DNA from: Octopus vulgaris
Taxonomy: Eukaryota
NCBI GenBank assembly: GCA_951406725.2
Contig: OX597830.1
Location: 52,080,001 to 52,144,000 of the forward strand
Direction: 5' to 3'
Length of the DNA: 64,000 bases
The position numbers and the translations under genes were made by a program. Positions 59,540 to 64,000 of the stretch are shown here, piece by piece. The stretch's first letter is position 1; each line of letters opens with the position of its first letter. A model generated the notes under the pieces. The model saw nothing but the letters and a program-made list of their open reading frames with translations, was not told where the DNA came from and did no database searches.

Positions 59540-59698
59540 CGCATACGTGCATACACACATACACAGACATACAAACACACATACACAGGTGTATATATAT
59601 ATATATACAAACATACGTTGCATATATATATACGTATATACACATACACACACACATATAAATGTATATATGTATATGCATATATATATATAGATATA

Positions 59699-59858
<160 letters not shown>

Positions 59859-61390
59859 TTAATTAAATTAGAACAGATGGACACATTAGTACAATTTCGT
59901 CTAAAATCTCCAAGAAGTTAAGGAGATAGACAAAGAACTTTGCTGGCATTCCTTCCACTTGAAAGCTACTAAGTTATCAGGAAGAAAGATTTGTTACAGA
60001 TTTTGCTTGTCACTTTTATATGGGGTCAGTTTTAATTTATAGACTAGTTTTATAAAATCCTTGTATATCTAAGGCCGAGTCTGTTAGGGGTAGGGCTGAG
60101 GGAGTCGACAGGAATCAATTATGGGTATAATCATAAAATTCAAGATTTATTTGAAGCAATATCATGGGATTTGGTAAAGGAAATCTTAAATCAAGATGTT
60201 AGCTGACAATTAATGGGGCTAGCCACAAGCAGACCATTGATCATGAAACAGGGGAAATCTTATCATGTAGTACTATAGTTAAATATTTTAAACAATGTTA
60301 CTATATTGTATACAGTTAAAGTTTAGGGTTAATCAAAGGATTATTAAGAAGAATTATAACAAAAGGATAAAATGTTTTATGAATACTTTTGAGTATATAC
60401 CAAACTTTTACCACAGTAGAGGGAGGAAAAGAAATTATCTAGAAATAGTTTAATATTTATACATATTATAAACTTAAAAACTAATTTATCAGATGGCATC
60501 AGTGAATATTGATCAATTGGTATATACTGGTATTTAATAAAGGAGTACTGAGATAAAAGAACATGCTAGCAGTTTATTTTAAGTAGTAACTATACCAGTA
60601 TTATTAGGGGGGTGTCACTGTAGCTTTTTAGCCCCAGCACGTATCACTTAGGCTTACGTGAAAGGGATGGCCTCCCTTTGCAAATACCATAAGGGCACAG
60701 AAATTGTGTCTAAAGCCAGCTGGAAACGATGATCTCCTGGGGCTAAAAAGCTACAGTAATACCCCCCTTTGTGGTTAGCCGTATTGAGATGGCTATAATA
60801 CTTTACATATACCAGTATTGTTATATATAAGCTAAGTATGAATTTATAGAGGTACAAATATTAGATTTATTTTATAAATAAATAAAGGATATTATAAAAT
60901 AATAAAGAAATAAAATAATCAGGTAGGGAAGAACACCATAGAAAAGGAATAAAATAGCCGAATCACTAAAAACATGATAAAGTATATGTAGCTTATTAAC
61001 CACAATAGAGAAGATATATAGAAAATGTATAATAATTCAAAATATACTAAACTAAAAATTATATATTTACTTATATAGCTAGTATCAATAAAGTCGGTGA
61101 GCTCTCACAAACAGATAGTTGTCACAGCCTATCATCTTTGCTGGTCGATAAAATAAGTACCAGTTGAGTACTGTGCCGCTGTAATCGGCTTACCCTGTCA
61201 CGAATATTGCTGGCCTTGTGTCGAAATTTGAAATCAAATTTGAAGTTCAAATTTAGGGAATGGAGCAACATTAGCTACTCCATTAGCTACTTATCAGGCC
61301 GAAGATACCTTAGTTAAATGAAGTTTACATTGCCGTCAAGGAAATTTACTCTCAAGTTAATTCGCACGAAATGTGTGTTCCTGAAAGTTG

Positions 61391-61461
<71 letters not shown>

Positions 61462-62006
61462 GGGTAGATAAAATATGTACTCCTTGCGCTCTAGGGATCG
61501 ATATAAAGTTTCAGGTGTTGTGAATTTTGCAGTAAGGATTTTTCCACAGTGTATGTAGTTAAGGACTCCATAAGCAATTATAGCTTCAACGTAATCTTGG
61601 ATCATAATTAGTGTTGCACAGTGTGCAATATGATTATTAGGTATTTCAATTAGAGGTACAATATATCTGGTGGGCTTCCACACAGTTTCTCTTTACACAA
61701 CTAATTGCTCTCGTTTTGCAAAGGTCCGAGCATTTGCTTCGATCGATCCCGAGGCTTCATTATTGGTAAGTGAAGCTCTTAATCATTCGAATAGATAGAT
61801 AGATAGAGAGAGAGAGAGAGAAAGAGAGAAAGAAAGAGAGAGAGAGAGAGAGAGAAAGAAAGAAAGAGAGAGAGAAAGAAAGAAAGAGAGAGAGAAAGAA
61901 AGAAAGAGAGAGAGAAAGAAAGAAAGAGAGAGAGAGAAGGAGGAGGAAGAGAGGGGTGGAAAGGGAGAGAGAGTGATGGATTAGAGAGGCAAATACATAG
62001 ATAAGA

Positions 62007-62039
<33 letters not shown>

Positions 62040-62150
62040 GAGAAAGAAAAACGAAAAGAGGGAGGGAAGAAAATATAAGATACAAAGAAATATTAGTTAT
62101 AGATATATACGCACATATGTATGTATGCATGTACATACATACATACATGC

Positions 62151-62213
<63 letters not shown>

Positions 62214-62225
62214 TATATATTTATA

Positions 62226-62328
<103 letters not shown>

Positions 62329-62413
62329 CATGCATGTTAGGTTGTATTATTTATTACATTTTAGTATAGAAATTTAGAAAATGCGTCTTATGATATATAT
62401 ATATATAAGTATA

Positions 62414-63225
62414 CAGGCAGTTCCAGAGTTACGAACGCCCTGCATACGAATATCCATAGTTAGAAACCAACCCCCGTAAAGTTTATGATTTTGAAAATGA
62501 AGTTGTTACAGACAATAGTTGATAATAGCGAACCGGTGGATTACTCTGCAGTAAACATCCAAACATTATGCGTTTTCAACGGTTCGTCAGCTCGAGGAAG
62601 GACAGCGCCGCGCCATCGCAGTTTTAAGTTGGATCGTGTAAACAGTGTATTGTGTATGTTATTTGCGTTAGTGTTTTTCTTGTGTTTACCCTTGTGATTA
62701 TACCTTCAAAGCGTAAATCCGATGCAAGTTCTGCTGATACATCAAAGAAATGAGAAACGATTGAAATTAAAGTAGAAATAATAGAGCGATCGGTAAAAAG
62801 GGGAAACGCCAACGAGCATTCTAAAAGTGGTTGGCTACAGTCGATCAGCGTTCGAGACAATTTTAAAGGACAAAGGATGATGGAACATTTAAAAATTCTC
62901 TTCGGCGATAACAGCTGCCATTATCAATCACTATCGCAGTGGTTTCATAATTGAAACGGCAAGGTTATTGGCTGTTTTGTCAAACGATCAAATCAACGTG
63001 AGAGGTCTATTACCCCCGGTTCAGTGCTACAAAAGACTTGAAGCCCTTTTATGGGAATTAAAAGCTGCATAGGCAGCGGGGAAAGATGGTTCTGAAGAAT
63101 AATTTGTACCGATTACACATTGGTTCAATCGGTTTGACAGGAAATTAAATTGACACACTATTAAAGTGCGAGGGGAACCAAAGAATAACGATGTGGATGT
63201 TCCAAGTATTTTTCCGAAATTTTTT
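62414..63225 (+). mobile_element. Tigger/pogo-like DNA transposon 5' half, decayed
   Basis: TA + caggcagttccagagttacgaac TIR; PSKRKSDASS..IEIKVEIIER..GETP and HWFNRF..IKVRGE (CENP-B-like HTH). Confidence 0.8.
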
Positions 63226-63229
63226 TTAC

Positions 63230-63746
63230 ATGTTTCAGCTGTTTGACAGTGGCCCTGATTGGACACCGCCTTGAAGAACTTTTAGTCAAATATATCGACC
63301 ACGGGACATTGTTTTTAATCCTAGTACTTATTCTATAGATTTATTTTGCCGAACCGCTAGGTCATGTGGACGTAGACACCACCACATGCCGTTTGTTTAG
63401 CGGTAGTGCCGGACAAGCACAGACGCAAAGATACGCATATATATATATATATATATTACAGAGATGTACTTGCATAGCAAGTGACCTAATCTGAGATTGT
63501 GTGCTGGAATGAAAACAATTGCAGCGTGGAAGGTGTTTATAAGTCATTTAAAAAACACACAAAAACCGTTAGATTCACTTCAACATTTAAATTTAATTTA
63601 CCAAAATTCCGTGCTGCATCTGATGCAGTGAATAGTGAACAGGTCGCGGTCTCAAAGCGACGAAAATATTTTGGCAAAGTAAATCTAACGGTTTTTGTGT
63701 GTTTCTTAAATGACTTATAAACACCTTCCACACTACAATTGTATGC

Positions 63747-63802
<56 letters not shown>

Positions 63803-63910
63803 ATGTATATATGTATATATGTATGTACACGACGGGCTTCTTTCAGTTCCCATCTACCAAATCCACTCACAAGGCTTTGGTCGGCCCGAGGCTATAGTCG
63901 AGGCTATGGT
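63230..63910 (-). mobile_element. 10463-family SINE whose central TA tract hosts an inverted-repeat element (63460-63740)
   Basis: SINE 3' half 63230-63435 and 5' half 63790-63910; inverted arms 63517-63582 and 63677-63740. Confidence 0.75.
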
Positions 63911-64000
63911 AGAAGTCTGTGAGCAATGAACCTAACCGAAGACAAAAATCCTGTTACACTGTGTAATAGTTCTGAATAGTATATCCCCTACCCAACTCCA

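Overview
AT-rich, repeat-saturated eukaryotic non-coding DNA with no recognisable host protein-coding gene. Almost all ORFs in the track are translations of (TA)n, (CA)n, (GATA)n, (CATA)n, (CT)n and trinucleotide microsatellites. The tRNA-derived SINE families and the microsatellite load point to an octopod cephalopod genome (inference from recalled repeat families). Supported features: many tRNA-headed SINEs with swapped heads and tails; decayed non-LTR retrotransposon fragments (CR1/L2-like, RTE-like, R4/Dong-like); an internally deleted Ty3/gypsy LTR element; mariner and Tigger/pogo remnants. The most notable unannotated signal is about a dozen type-I hammerhead-ribozyme-like motifs, several with intact cores and all three stems. 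They lie in short non-coding elements within or beside (TA)n/(CATA)n tracts, some with inverted terminal duplications, which is the Penelope-like element (PLE)/retrozyme signature. A separate multi-hairpin, possibly pseudoknotted RNA motif occurs four times. All structures were read by eye; no folding or database search was run.
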